In this document: one piece after another, positions 9,435-19,028 of the stretch
Layout: each line of letters begins with the position of its first letter
Position numbering within the stretch: position 1 is the first letter of the stretch
From: a virus
Lineage: Duplodnaviria; Caudoviricetes
IMG/VR virus record: IMGVR_UViG_3300021420_000040
Location: 1 to 56,181 of that record
Length of the DNA stretch: 56,181 bases
Reading direction: 5' to 3' (one strand)
Notes under the pieces: model-generated
Seen by the model: only the letters and a program-made list of their open reading frames with translations
Databases searched by the model: none
Told to the model about the DNA's origin: nothing
Made by a program: the position numbers and the translations under genes

Positions 9435-9991
9435 CTCAACATGTACCTCGGATACGCGATCTGGACCACGCGATTATAGGCCATTCGCACAGCGTTCCCG
9501 CCCATGTCATAGGCGAGATACACGCGAGTCGGTGAAGGTGCCGGCGGTGGAGGGATCAGCACTTCGAGACCGGTAACGGCGCTGATGGCCACTCCTAAGA
9601 CTGCGGCAATCGTGGCCATGAGTGTCGGATTCTCGACGTGGAACACCGACAGAAGCGCGCTTAGATTCGTCTGCGCGTCGGCGAGCACGGCATCAATCTG
9701 GCCGAGAAGCGTGGTGCTGGCGTGCGCCTGGTAATTCGCAACCAGAGTGTTGATGAGATTTAGGTCGGCCACCACTTGATTTGTGACTTGCTGGACCTTC
9801 GATTCGAGTTCCGTGCCTACGGAGGGATCGCCGGCAATGACGAATATCTCGGAGATGACTTGGATGATCGCCGGGAGGTCGTTGATAACGATAGCTTCCC
9901 ACTGCGCGAGCGTGGGGCATCCGATGAGGACAACGGTGCTCGCCCCCAAGGTAGCTACGCCGGCGGTGCGGAAGAAATCTCGTCGGTCCAT
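9431..9991 (-). CDS. Putative Tat-exported lipoprotein
   Basis: MDRRDFF twin-arginine motif, hydrophobic core, LIGC lipobox. Confidence 0.7.
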   Translation of the reverse strand: MDRRDFFRTAGVATLGASTVVLIGCPTLAQWEAIVINDLPAIIQVISEIFVIAGDPSVGTELESKVQQVTNQVVADLNLINTLVANYQAHASTTLLGQIDAVLADAQTNLSALLSVFHVENPTLMATIAAVLGVAISAVTGLEVLIPPPPAPSPTRVYLAYDMGGNAVRMAYNRVVQIAYPRYMLR

Positions 9992-9995
9992 ACGT

Positions 9996-10139
9996 TTAAC
10001 GACGCTGCTGTGTTTGTGACGCCGGCTGCGGCTGGGGCTGCTGCCACGGATTCTTGACTTCTGCGCTGAAACGTACTGCGCATCCGGTCATGGTCGTAAG
10101 CGTTACGAGAGTAGCAACTAGAACGATTCGGTTTTTCAT
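9996..10139 (-). CDS. Small lipoprotein, 47 aa (o-spanin candidate)
   Basis: Own translation MKNRIVLVATLVTLTTMTGCAVRF...; below the ORF-track cutoff. Confidence 0.6.
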   Translation of the reverse strand: MKNRIVLVATLVTLTTMTGCAVRFSAEVKNPWQQPQPQPASQTQQRR

Positions 10140-10336
10140 TTGTCCCTTTCTGGTGACAGCCTATCAGACATTGGGTTTGCTCGGGGAAGAATTTTCCACT
10201 CTTTCTTTCCGCAAACGCTGCATGGCGGATACGTTGCTAGTTTCAGTATCACCGCCACCATCTCTATTCCGGTATCGTTGGTTTCCTCGGTGATGGAGTG
10301 TCGGTGCCCGCAGGGGCATTGGAGTGTAACGCTCAT
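10136..10336 (-). CDS. Small Cys-rich protein
   Basis: AGGAG RBS; CPCGH...CSVCG. Confidence 0.55.
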   Translation of the reverse strand: MSVTLQCPCGHRHSITEETNDTGIEMVAVILKLATYPPCSVCGKKEWKILPRANPMSDRLSPERDK

Positions 10337-10681
10337 CGGCCACTCCTGATTCTGAACTGCGTCCACGGGTAGCAGTGGGTGACGATGGACTTCCACCACT
10401 CGACTACCCAGCGTCGGCGGTCATGGAAGCTAGCCCAGCGCTCCCAGCCCTTGCCGTCTTGGTTGATCTCCAGGTAGAACACTATTCCGCCTGCGCGTGG
10501 ACCGGCTTCTTGGGTTTCTTAGGCTTCGGCTTCTTTTTCATCGCTTCCTTTCTCGTAGGCCGGGCCATTAGCCGGAGCCTATGCTCCGCATCCTGAGCGG
10601 TTCGACGCGCCGCTTCCCACTTCCAGCAGCGCCGGTGTTGCGCCATCCATGCCACCGGCAAGCCACAGGTCGGACACGGCT

Positions 10682-10921
10682 TCACCTGTGAAGGCCGTAT
10701 CCTCCGCCAAACGAGTAGATACCCGTCCAGCTTAGGAAGAACGCAAGAAAGATCAGGAACAGGAGCAATCCGGCGACCACCAGAAGTGGTTGTGGAATTA
10801 CCCAGCCGGTCAGGGAAAGCAACCATCGGCAAAGAATCACGACAATAGCTAAACAGATCATCAACACGATAAACCCCAACATCGCCCCCACTGGGTTAAA
10901 TTGCCAAATCGCACTTAACAT
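10682..10921 (-). CDS. Two-TM membrane protein (holin or antiholin candidate)
   Basis: GGAGG RBS; two hydrophobic helices. Confidence 0.7.
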   Translation of the reverse strand: MLSAIWQFNPVGAMLGFIVLMICLAIVVILCRWLLSLTGWVIPQPLLVVAGLLLFLIFLAFFLSWTGIYSFGGGYGLHR

Positions 10922-11178
10922 TTAGGTTCCTCCCTTTTGTGTTGCCTTGAGCGTACTCTGTTGAACTTGGGTCATCGTCGAATGGGTACCCGAATCCTTG
11001 GCCGCGAGGCCGATGAGCAGCGTGCCTAACCCACCGATGATGGACAAGATAAAATACCAACGTGGGGTCAGCGTGAAACTACTGGCCATTGCAGCCGCGA
11101 TGATTATCGGAGGGATTCCTCCGAGCAGCCCCCCCAAAGTGGTTTGCCAGTTCTGAGCCGTCAATGTTATCGTCAAAC
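10922..11178 (-). CDS. Holin-like membrane protein (start approximate)
   Basis: NWQTTLGG...GLAAKDS pattern with two TM segments; AGGAGG RBS. Confidence 0.65.
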
Positions 11179-11189
11179 CGTTCCTCCTG

Positions 11190-11549
11190 TTATTTCCAGA
11201 AATGCTGGAGCGCGGCCACTGCCGCAATCACCGCTCCAGCTACAACCAAGGCCCTGATCCATATTGTTCCGGCATCCTTTTCGAGTAGCGCAAGCCTGTC
11301 GGACAGCGCTCGCCGTTCCGCTGATTCGGCGTCAATCCATCCACGCGCTTCATTTTTAGTAGGGCAATCATCTTTCCAGTCGGTTAGAGTCGCTCTCCAT
11401 TCATTCGATTGCGCTTGGGCATGGTCTAAGGATGCCCTCGCAATAATCAATGCTTGGTCGGCTGCTTTCTTCTGTTCCTGCAATCGAGCAATTTCAACTT
11501 CTAACGACTGCACCTTTTCCCGTAACACCCCATTCTCAGTCTCGGCCAT
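11190..11549 (-). CDS. Coiled-coil protein with C-terminal TM anchor
   Basis: Heptad-rich, ends ALVVAGAVIAAVAALQHFWK. Confidence 0.7.
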   Translation of the reverse strand: MAETENGVLREKVQSLEVEIARLQEQKKAADQALIIARASLDHAQAQSNEWRATLTDWKDDCPTKNEARGWIDAESAERRALSDRLALLEKDAGTIWIRALVVAGAVIAAVAALQHFWK

Positions 11550-11550
11550 G

Positions 11551-12237
11551 TTACCCAATAAACGGTAGAATTAAGCACGCATTTTTCGCGTCACATATAT
11601 CAATGACTCCGTTAAATGGAGCGCCTGTGTAGGTAACCGAGTACATTCCTGCCGCAGTCGGTGTCGGCGAGCCATTCATTTGAGTATAATTTTTATCACT
11701 GTTAAACATCGCATACATGGTCGAGACGCCCGGCGCATCGCTCCACGTAGCTGTGATCCTGTTTTGCGTCCCCACATGGTTCACCGCAACCGTGCCCGAT
11801 AAACCAGTCGGCGGCGCGGGCGGCACTGTTGGGGTTGGGGTAAGTGCGCTCACCTGATTCGATGGCACGCTCTCGCCAGATATGCCGGCGGGGCAAGTCC
11901 CTGTCGTCGGGCAGAAGCTCGTTACTTGGTAAGTGAAACTCTGTCCCGAGGAGACGTTCGTATCGACGTAGGTCGTCCCGGTTATGCCCGTAGCGCCCGA
12001 CGTGAAAGCTCCGAGCGAGGTGCATGTTCCGACGCCCGGGACGGAGCCCGTTCCGGTGCCTTGCACGAAGCCCGAGCATGGCGCTTTGTAGACGTTGTAG
12101 TTAACCCCCGTCGTTACGCTCGCCGTCCATGTGAGCGTGTTGGAGTGTGCGGTCGCGGTGGCAGTTAGCTTGCCCTGTGCATAACTAGGGAAATTAATGC
12201 CAAAGATCAGGATTGCTACTGCAAGAACACGCTTCAT
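11551..12237 (-). CDS. Secreted FN3-like protein
   Basis: Signal peptide ending SYA-Q; LTW.AS...YNVYK...TYVDTNV..GQSFTYQVT...ES.PSN. Confidence 0.75.
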   Translation of the reverse strand: MKRVLAVAILIFGINFPSYAQGKLTATATAHSNTLTWTASVTTGVNYNVYKAPCSGFVQGTGTGSVPGVGTCTSLGAFTSGATGITGTTYVDTNVSSGQSFTYQVTSFCPTTGTCPAGISGESVPSNQVSALTPTPTVPPAPPTGLSGTVAVNHVGTQNRITATWSDAPGVSTMYAMFNSDKNYTQMNGSPTPTAAGMYSVTYTGAPFNGVIDICDAKNACLILPFIG

Positions 12238-12611
12238 TGCACTATCTCCCGTGGAAGGCTGTCGATCAGTTGCCTCTTGCTCTCCACATTGAATTTTCGA
12301 AGTAACGATGCTACATGGAACTTCACAGTTCTTTCCACAACGAATAGGATTTGGGCCAATTCCTTATTCGATGCGTAGGGGTTCTTTTGAATCTGGGACA
12401 TGACTTCGGCCTCTCTTCTGGTCAAGCTCGGGTCCGGCTGCAATTCGGTAAGCATAATTACCCTGAGTTTCTGACGCTCATCGAGGATACGCTTGTGCTT
12501 CTCTTCAATAGCTCTTAGCTCCAGTTCTATCTTTTCCCACCTAGCCCAACAAATTGAAAGTTTATTCCGCGTTAACTTAGCACAGGTCAGATCGCTCCTC
12601 CTATTTATCAT
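12234..12611 (-). CDS. LuxR-family HTH regulator
   Basis: LTRREAEV...SNKELAQILFVVERTVKFHVASLLRKFNV. Confidence 0.85.
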   Translation of the reverse strand: MINRRSDLTCAKLTRNKLSICWARWEKIELELRAIEEKHKRILDERQKLRVIMLTELQPDPSLTRREAEVMSQIQKNPYASNKELAQILFVVERTVKFHVASLLRKFNVESKRQLIDSLPREIVQ

Positions 12612-15600
12612 TGTACGAGTAAGCCTACCTTCGGCGGGGCGGACGGATATTGCTGCCTTTCCGTCTGAGTTGCAGCAAACGAAGAAATATCCCCCGCATT
12701 GGCCGTCTGCTGTCCAATACCAGAGAGATAGAACGAAAGTACTCCCGAGGGCACGCTGACGGAGCTCTGCGTATAAGTATATGGTTGGTTCACGCCAACG
12801 ATGGCGCTTGGGTCGAATGCTCCTTCATTTGTCCCCTGCACATAAATGTAGTTCGCGTTGGCTCCCACGGAGTTTGCGGTCCCCAGGTTGTAGGTCACGG
12901 TGTAAGTCCCGTTGGGAACGTAAATGTCCATCTTGTAATCGTTTTGCGTTTGGCTCGACGCATAGTGATTGTTGAAGAGTTGAAAGTCTGTGAACGACGG
13001 CGAGAAAATCTGATTCTGGCAGCATCCCTGATACGACGGGGCATTGGAAGCCCCGAGGCCGAATCCGCCAACCCACAGGTAGCCATGAGAGTCGATGAAG
13101 TTAGCCGTGCTCTGCACCATACGGATGTCGGTCAGCGGGAAGATGTGGACGAGCACCTGTTTAACCACCGAGGAATTTGCGCTACTAGTGACTAACATCG
13201 TAGCCGTCACGGGCGCTGTCAGTGAAGCTGGAGGCGTGAATAATCCGCCACTCGTAAGCGTTCCCCGAACGCTCGTCCCGCCCGATCCCTTGTAGGTCAT
13301 CACCGATATTCCAGCGCCGTTCTGTGCCGGGAACGATGCCGATGCAGTGATTCCGGTTTCGGTGGAAGTGAACAGCGCGTCCTCGACGCCCACGCCGTTG
13401 AACCCTCCGGCAGTAGGCTGCAAGAAGTTTGTAGCCGTCTGTCCGGCAATGGCACCGGGAGTGATCGCGTATCCCTGAAGGTTGTAGATCGCCGCAACTG
13501 CGACTTCGTTGGTCCCGGTGGTCGTGAATGCGCCTGTGGTGATCGAGGTCTGTCCGGTCGCGCTGCTTGTTACTGGTGTCGGCACCACATCCAGCGTGAT
13601 CGTCGCGCCGTTCGGGTTGTACTCACGGACAACGATGGATTCATAAGGCTGGCCGGAAGCGTAGGTTGCGGTCCAGATGTTCGAGGAGCAACCAGTGATC
13701 CCAATTCCGTACCAGCGTGATACAGCCCCACCGCCGCCAGGAACCGTGAAGTCTGCTGACGCTTCATGCGTGTAGCTGTTGCCGCAGATATCCCCAACTG
13801 AAGTGGGATTAGTCGTCGCTACCGTCGATCCCACCGTGATGTCAACGAAATCGCCTGTAAGGGACTTGACCGCTTGTGTTGTGGCGATTGTGGTTGAGCT
13901 TGCCACCGTTGCCGTTGCGACGAGGTTCTGCGGCAGGATCGTTCCGGCGGACTGCGGCGACGACCAAGCGACTGCGCCATTGCTATAGGCCAAAAGCTGA
14001 GTCTGTGCCGCTCCTGCGGCAAAGTAATACTGGCTCTCAGGAACGTCAACAGCAGTTCCCATGAGGGCAACATTGGTGCTGGCTGATCCGGTTGAGGCTG
14101 TATAGGTAACCACTTCGCCGGTCGTGGTTGCGCCAGAGCTTGCAGTCTCCTCTAGGCTTGATTCGTCTATCGCTTCCCAGTTGGAGGTCGGGATCAGCGC
14201 GAGATTGATTTCCTGCATCGCATTCGATGCGGTTTGTCCCATGTTCCCGTAATCCACGCCGATCTGCCATCCGTACCCACCATCCACCACGATCAGACCG
14301 TAATTCTTCATCTGGGTCAGGAGGATTTGAGCGCACGCGGAGAAGCCGGAAATATTGTAAGACGGATTGAGAATGAATCGCTGCCCGTAGAAGTTAACGC
14401 CACTGCCTGCATTCGTGCTCGTCGTGGCGGGCCAAAGGAAAGCATTGTGCATGTAGCCATTCTGGAGAGTCATTTGCAAGGCGTGGTTGATCGAACCGCC
14501 GGTCGCGCAAGCTCTGTCCACTTCTGCGCCGTGCAGAACCAAAGGAGCAATCTGTGTCCCCGCTGCGTTCGTCGAGATTGCAGGCAGCGCGTAACTGTTG
14601 TAGGCGTAGGTGATCCCGCTTTGTGAATTATTGGTGCCAGCGATTCCCGGTGCTGCCGAGTCTCCAGAACTGCTGGAGCCAGCCGTCACCTGTCCTGTCG
14701 TAGAGGTAGACGCGGCAGCGTGAACAAGCGGAAAGGTCAGCGTGTTGGCTGTGGCGGAAGTAAGCTGAACCGGATTCAGATTGCACCAAGTATCTGCCCC
14801 GGTGAAACTTCCGATTGTCACGTAGCCGCCCTGCTGTGCATCCCGAACGAATCCTGATGATGTCCGGGTCGGTGTGATCGTTGCCGTGGCGGTGCCGGAA
14901 CCATTAGCTGTGCAGTTTGTGATAGGAGCCTGCGCGTAATATTGGTATCGCTCCCACACATTTCCGGTATCCGTACCGATGTCTATTTCGTGGTGATCGG
15001 CGTTGCCGTTCGCAGACAGCGCATCGAACCAGCCACTCTGAATATTCACCGAAGGCCAGCCAGGATCGGGGTACGAAGCATTGTTCCCCGGCGTGTAGTA
15101 GAAATTCATCGCATTTGTGGGCGTCGATGCGGTTACATAATTCAGGCCCATGTCGGGCAGGAAGTTGACCGCGTAGGTTCCCGCCCCAGCGATGAATGTG
15201 GCCGAGCTTTGGCTGCAATGGGTGATGCCGTCGCAAACAGGCAGGCTCGATACGTTCATGTTGTAGACGTGATCCCACGGTAGAAGCGGGTAGCCGCCAA
15301 TAGATTGTGGTGCAGCGAGCGTGGTCGGCGGTGTGTAGACCCCAGTTCCCGAATTGATGCTGCCGAGGCAAGTCCCGCCGTTGGCTGCGTTCGCGCAAGT
15401 CCAGTGTCCTCCCGTGCCGGGATTTGATGTCACAGTGAAAGTCTGCGTTGATCCGCTCGGTGTGAGAACAGGGTTTAGCGGCGAAATCGTCGGCGGTCCG
15501 GATGGCGCGCCACAACCAGGAGTGACGAGATTCAAGGGGATCGTGACAGTGCAAAGCCATGCTGGATATAGCGGATCAACCCGCGTGGTATTGCTCACCG

Positions 15601-16879
15601 CCTGATAGCCGTAAGCCGAAGCGCCGCTAGCACTGGCCGTGAAATTCGAGATGACCGTGGCCATGCAATTCGGGACGCTGGTCGCCGATCCGCAGGAGGG
15701 CGCTCCAGGAGTTGATGGGCTGCTGAAACTCGGATTCGTTCCAAAGGTGTTGGTGCCGCAGGAAAATCCAGTGGAACTGTTGATCCCGCAGTTGTTTCCT
15801 GCTGCGGAATACCCGTAGTTCGTAGCTACTGTGTCCGTGCCGTTGCCGTCCCCGATGTAGAAAACGTAGATGGGGTTCGCACCGCATCCTGTGCCAGTCT
15901 TGGTCTGTGAGAGGTTATTCGAGTAGGTGACGTTCTTGGCGAAGGAAATGAGCATCTCCCCGCAGAAAGTCGCGTTCTGGTGAGTATCGGTGTTGTTGCC
16001 CCAAGTGGTGTTGAACTCCGAGTAGATCGTGGCGTTCGATCCGCCGGACGAATTGTTGAACACTTCAAAGCCGCGACCGCCGTTGCCGAGCAGCATGTTG
16101 TTGTAGGCTACGGCCTGCTGGGTGTACTGGGCGAGACCTCCCTGACTTCCGTCGAACGTGTCGAAGATGATCCCCTCGCCGTCCGTGGGAACACCTGCGT
16201 TACAGAGGCCATCAACATTCGAGTAGGAGAAATTCCCAGCTACATAAATGTGCGTTCCCGAGGCAGTATCGGCGTTCTGCGGCTGATAAATACTGATTCC
16301 GCTGTAGCAATTACTACCGTTCTGGGCCGCGTTGTAAGCGATATTCCCAATGATGACAATGTAATCGGCGCTCGCCGAGCCGTTGTTGAAGGTATCAAAT
16401 CCGTTCTGCTGGCAGCCATTAGCGACATTGTTAGCGAAGATGATGTGGTGGATACTCGTAGAGCTATTAGGAGGGATCGCGCTGAAGCAGGCCCCTCCGG
16501 TGCTCGCAGTTGTGACTTCGAATCCCTGCACGCCCCAGTAGTTCGCGCTGATCCGCACGCCATCGCCAGAACTGCTGCTGATTTTACAGGCATCGAAGGT
16601 GGCGCATTGCAGCCAAACCACGTTGTTGTTTCCGGAGCAAGTGACCGTGCCCCACTTGCCGGAGCCGAAGTTCGAAGCAACGTAAGACGTGCTCGCCGCC
16701 GCTGTGATTGTGTCCCCGCAGTTCACAGCATGGTTTGGAGTGAGCCATGGCGTCCCGGAACTCGTGCCGTTATTGGAATCGCTGCCGCCTCCGCCAGCCG
16801 GAGCGATGAAGTAAGAAGTAGACGATGCGGGGATCGCCGAGAGGAGCAAAATCCCAAAGAGTAGGAGCGCGTTTCGCAT
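12608..16879 (-). CDS. Large secreted beta-helix / carbohydrate-binding protein, 1423 aa
   Basis: Signal peptide; YFIAP..GSDSNNGTS..PWLT start; parallel beta-helix repeats; malectin-like C-terminus. Confidence 0.75.
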   Translation of the reverse strand: MRNALLLFGILLLSAIPASSTSYFIAPAGGGGSDSNNGTSSGTPWLTPNHAVNCGDTITAAASTSYVASNFGSGKWGTVTCSGNNNVVWLQCATFDACKISSSSGDGVRISANYWGVQGFEVTTASTGGACFSAIPPNSSTSIHHIIFANNVANGCQQNGFDTFNNGSASADYIVIIGNIAYNAAQNGSNCYSGISIYQPQNADTASGTHIYVAGNFSYSNVDGLCNAGVPTDGEGIIFDTFDGSQGGLAQYTQQAVAYNNMLLGNGGRGFEVFNNSSGGSNATIYSEFNTTWGNNTDTHQNATFCGEMLISFAKNVTYSNNLSQTKTGTGCGANPIYVFYIGDGNGTDTVATNYGYSAAGNNCGINSSTGFSCGTNTFGTNPSFSSPSTPGAPSCGSATSVPNCMATVISNFTASASGASAYGYQAVSNTTRVDPLYPAWLCTVTIPLNLVTPGCGAPSGPPTISPLNPVLTPSGSTQTFTVTSNPGTGGHWTCANAANGGTCLGSINSGTGVYTPPTTLAAPQSIGGYPLLPWDHVYNMNVSSLPVCDGITHCSQSSATFIAGAGTYAVNFLPDMGLNYVTASTPTNAMNFYYTPGNNASYPDPGWPSVNIQSGWFDALSANGNADHHEIDIGTDTGNVWERYQYYAQAPITNCTANGSGTATATITPTRTSSGFVRDAQQGGYVTIGSFTGADTWCNLNPVQLTSATANTLTFPLVHAAASTSTTGQVTAGSSSSGDSAAPGIAGTNNSQSGITYAYNSYALPAISTNAAGTQIAPLVLHGAEVDRACATGGSINHALQMTLQNGYMHNAFLWPATTSTNAGSGVNFYGQRFILNPSYNISGFSACAQILLTQMKNYGLIVVDGGYGWQIGVDYGNMGQTASNAMQEINLALIPTSNWEAIDESSLEETASSGATTTGEVVTYTASTGSASTNVALMGTAVDVPESQYYFAAGAAQTQLLAYSNGAVAWSSPQSAGTILPQNLVATATVASSTTIATTQAVKSLTGDFVDITVGSTVATTNPTSVGDICGNSYTHEASADFTVPGGGGAVSRWYGIGITGCSSNIWTATYASGQPYESIVVREYNPNGATITLDVVPTPVTSSATGQTSITTGAFTTTGTNEVAVAAIYNLQGYAITPGAIAGQTATNFLQPTAGGFNGVGVEDALFTSTETGITASASFPAQNGAGISVMTYKGSGGTSVRGTLTSGGLFTPPASLTAPVTATMLVTSSANSSVVKQVLVHIFPLTDIRMVQSTANFIDSHGYLWVGGFGLGASNAPSYQGCCQNQIFSPSFTDFQLFNNHYASSQTQNDYKMDIYVPNGTYTVTYNLGTANSVGANANYIYVQGTNEGAFDPSAIVGVNQPYTYTQSSVSVPSGVLSFYLSGIGQQTANAGDISSFAATQTERQQYPSAPPKVGLLVQ

Positions 16880-17658
16880 CAGTGGAACGTGGCGATCAGC
16901 AGCCCCGTAGCTCCTGAAGTTTGGGTTCCGGCAAGGGTGATACTCGCGGCAGAGGACACAATTGCTTGGTACATTGCTTCGGCGTTGAAGTTGCTATCTT
17001 GGCATATCGTCGGCGATGGGCACGTGCTGGGAAGCGTGAATGGCGTTCCGTTAGGGGTGAGGAACTGAGTGGAATTATCGACGCCGAATCCAACTTCATT
17101 CGCAAAATTAAGCGTTCCCGTCGCGTTGCTGGCGAAGGTGGTGGAGCTAGTGCCGTTCCCAGCAGGAACCGCATCAACCGCCGTGATGACTGTGTATTCC
17201 TGAACGTAGGCATTGAACGATGATGCTGCGCTCGCAAGGGTGATGACTACCGGCTTGCCAGTCGTCGTCATACTCGGGCAAAGATAAATGAAGAGGCCCC
17301 CCGGAAGAGAGCCGCCGAGCGCAGTGCCGGGATTGAAACCGGAATTCGATGTGGCGGTGCAAGTGATCGAATCTCCGGTATGAACCACCGAACTGACCGC
17401 AATCTGCGTGGAATTGTCCTCTACGATGCCCACAAGCAAACTGTGCCCGGCTGTTGTGTTACTGGAAAGAGTGACCGTGCAGGTGGAAGTGCCGTGACAT
17501 TTACCCCCCTGCACTTCTGCCGGGGCTGCACCGGCTGAGGCACCTCCGCCGAAGCCGCCGTTGTTGCCGCCGATCCCACCTTTGCCCCCAATCCCCTGCG
17601 AGGCAAGCGCGGTAGCAAACAGCAGCAGCCCTAAGAGTGGAAGAAGTTTCTTCATCAC
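16879..17658 (-). CDS. Secreted beta-rich protein
   Basis: Signal peptide MMKKLLPLLGLLLFATALASQ; Gly-rich linker. Confidence 0.75.
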   Translation of the reverse strand: MMKKLLPLLGLLLFATALASQGIGGKGGIGGNNGGFGGGASAGAAPAEVQGGKCHGTSTCTVTLSSNTTAGHSLLVGIVEDNSTQIAVSSVVHTGDSITCTATSNSGFNPGTALGGSLPGGLFIYLCPSMTTTGKPVVITLASAASSFNAYVQEYTVITAVDAVPAGNGTSSTTFASNATGTLNFANEVGFGVDNSTQFLTPNGTPFTLPSTCPSPTICQDSNFNAEAMYQAIVSSAASITLAGTQTSGATGLLIATFH

Positions 17659-19016
17659 ATCACCGGATTAACTGCGAGATAGAGTTTACCAACCATCGGA
17701 CCGGCAGTACCGCAAGCCGTGGCTGTAGTGCTATAATTAATAGATGCCGAACCAGTGGATCGAATAACTTGAACCTGTTGACCAAAGTTAGCAGTTGACG
17801 TAGTAGTTAGAGTTCCAGTCAGCGGCACCGCGCCCGTACCTTGCAAATTTACCGGGATGGTCTTCGATCCTTGATCGTCAGTATAAATCAGACTGACTAC
17901 GTACGTCCCCGAAGTTCCGCAAGCTGTCGTAATATCCACGTAGACATGGACATCATACGTGCCAGCCAAACATAGTGCCGTTGAACAAAGCGAAGTAGAG
18001 CCAATGGACGTTCCCGATCCAATCGTCACAGTCGCGGAATGGCCGGAATCTCCGCTATAACCTTCTTGAGTTGCAGCCGCCGTCCCGGTGATTGTTAAAA
18101 GACCTTGCGCTGTTGCTGGAGCAATAGTTTCTAAGTTATAAGTAAGTGCGGTTGGCGCTTGATAACACTTGCTATTCGCTGTGTTGCATGGTGCTACCGC
18201 CGCGCTTGTTGTACCTTGCGCAAAATCCATAAATGTTGCGGTCGTTCCGTCAAGCACAAAAACAGGCGCGACGTAGCCGCCAGTGTCAGTCGTCGTAACT
18301 GTCGTGGCATTGTCTGTAACGCTTGAATTTTGATCGCACCCGCCAGCGCCGCCGCCTTTCACAAGCACATTTAACGTCAATGTCGTAACCGTAGGAACGC
18401 CCGTGGCCGTTGTGTTGCACAACGGCCCGGTCGCAAGTCCGGCAACAGAAGTTCCGTTTATGTTCGTAGCGTTGACCGTTCCGGTTCCTGAAACTGTCAG
18501 CGATGCGCCAGTGCCGACGACCATTGCTGCTGTCGTGTTCGTGCCAGAGGTTATAGTGCTGAAGGCTGATCCTCCTCCGCCACCCCCTCCGCTTCCGCCG
18601 ACCAGAGCAGAAGCCGATACGGCAAGGGAATTCCTCATGTTAATCGTAGCCGAGCCGCTGGTGACTGCCGAGGCCCGGACGCAGAAGCTCGCAAGGCCGG
18701 CCACCCCTACGGTCCAAGTGCCGGCGCTCGTTGTGCTGGTTACGGCAGTGGTGCTGTTCGGAGGGTAGGCATTCACCGCCACATAGTTCGTCCCGTCAAC
18801 TGTCCCGACAAATTGCAATGTCTCGCTGAAAGTGCCGGAAACGCTAAATGCTACTGCTCCTGTGTTGCCTGCGGTCGGGATGGATACGAACCCGCCGGCG
18901 GTGGAACAGGTTCCACCATCGACCACAGTGATCGAACCGGACACAAACGCCCCCTGGGCGAACAGCGGAGTGCCGCCCCCGAGGAAAATCAGAAATAGGA
19001 TGATGAATCTACGCAT
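17655..19016 (-). CDS. Secreted fibre-like protein
   Basis: Signal peptide ending LFA-Q; Thr/Gly/Ser-rich with paired Cys. Confidence 0.75.
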   Translation of the reverse strand: MRRFIILFLIFLGGGTPLFAQGAFVSGSITVVDGGTCSTAGGFVSIPTAGNTGAVAFSVSGTFSETLQFVGTVDGTNYVAVNAYPPNSTTAVTSTTSAGTWTVGVAGLASFCVRASAVTSGSATINMRNSLAVSASALVGGSGGGGGGGSAFSTITSGTNTTAAMVVGTGASLTVSGTGTVNATNINGTSVAGLATGPLCNTTATGVPTVTTLTLNVLVKGGGAGGCDQNSSVTDNATTVTTTDTGGYVAPVFVLDGTTATFMDFAQGTTSAAVAPCNTANSKCYQAPTALTYNLETIAPATAQGLLTITGTAAATQEGYSGDSGHSATVTIGSGTSIGSTSLCSTALCLAGTYDVHVYVDITTACGTSGTYVVSLIYTDDQGSKTIPVNLQGTGAVPLTGTLTTTSTANFGQQVQVIRSTGSASINYSTTATACGTAGPMVGKLYLAVNPVM

Positions 19017-19028
19017 AATCTCCTTTCC

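Noticed and set aside
15980-16864. Long plus-strand ORFs within the late region (also 33734-34489, 35284-36000)
   Set aside because: Antisense shadows of GC3-biased minus-strand genes
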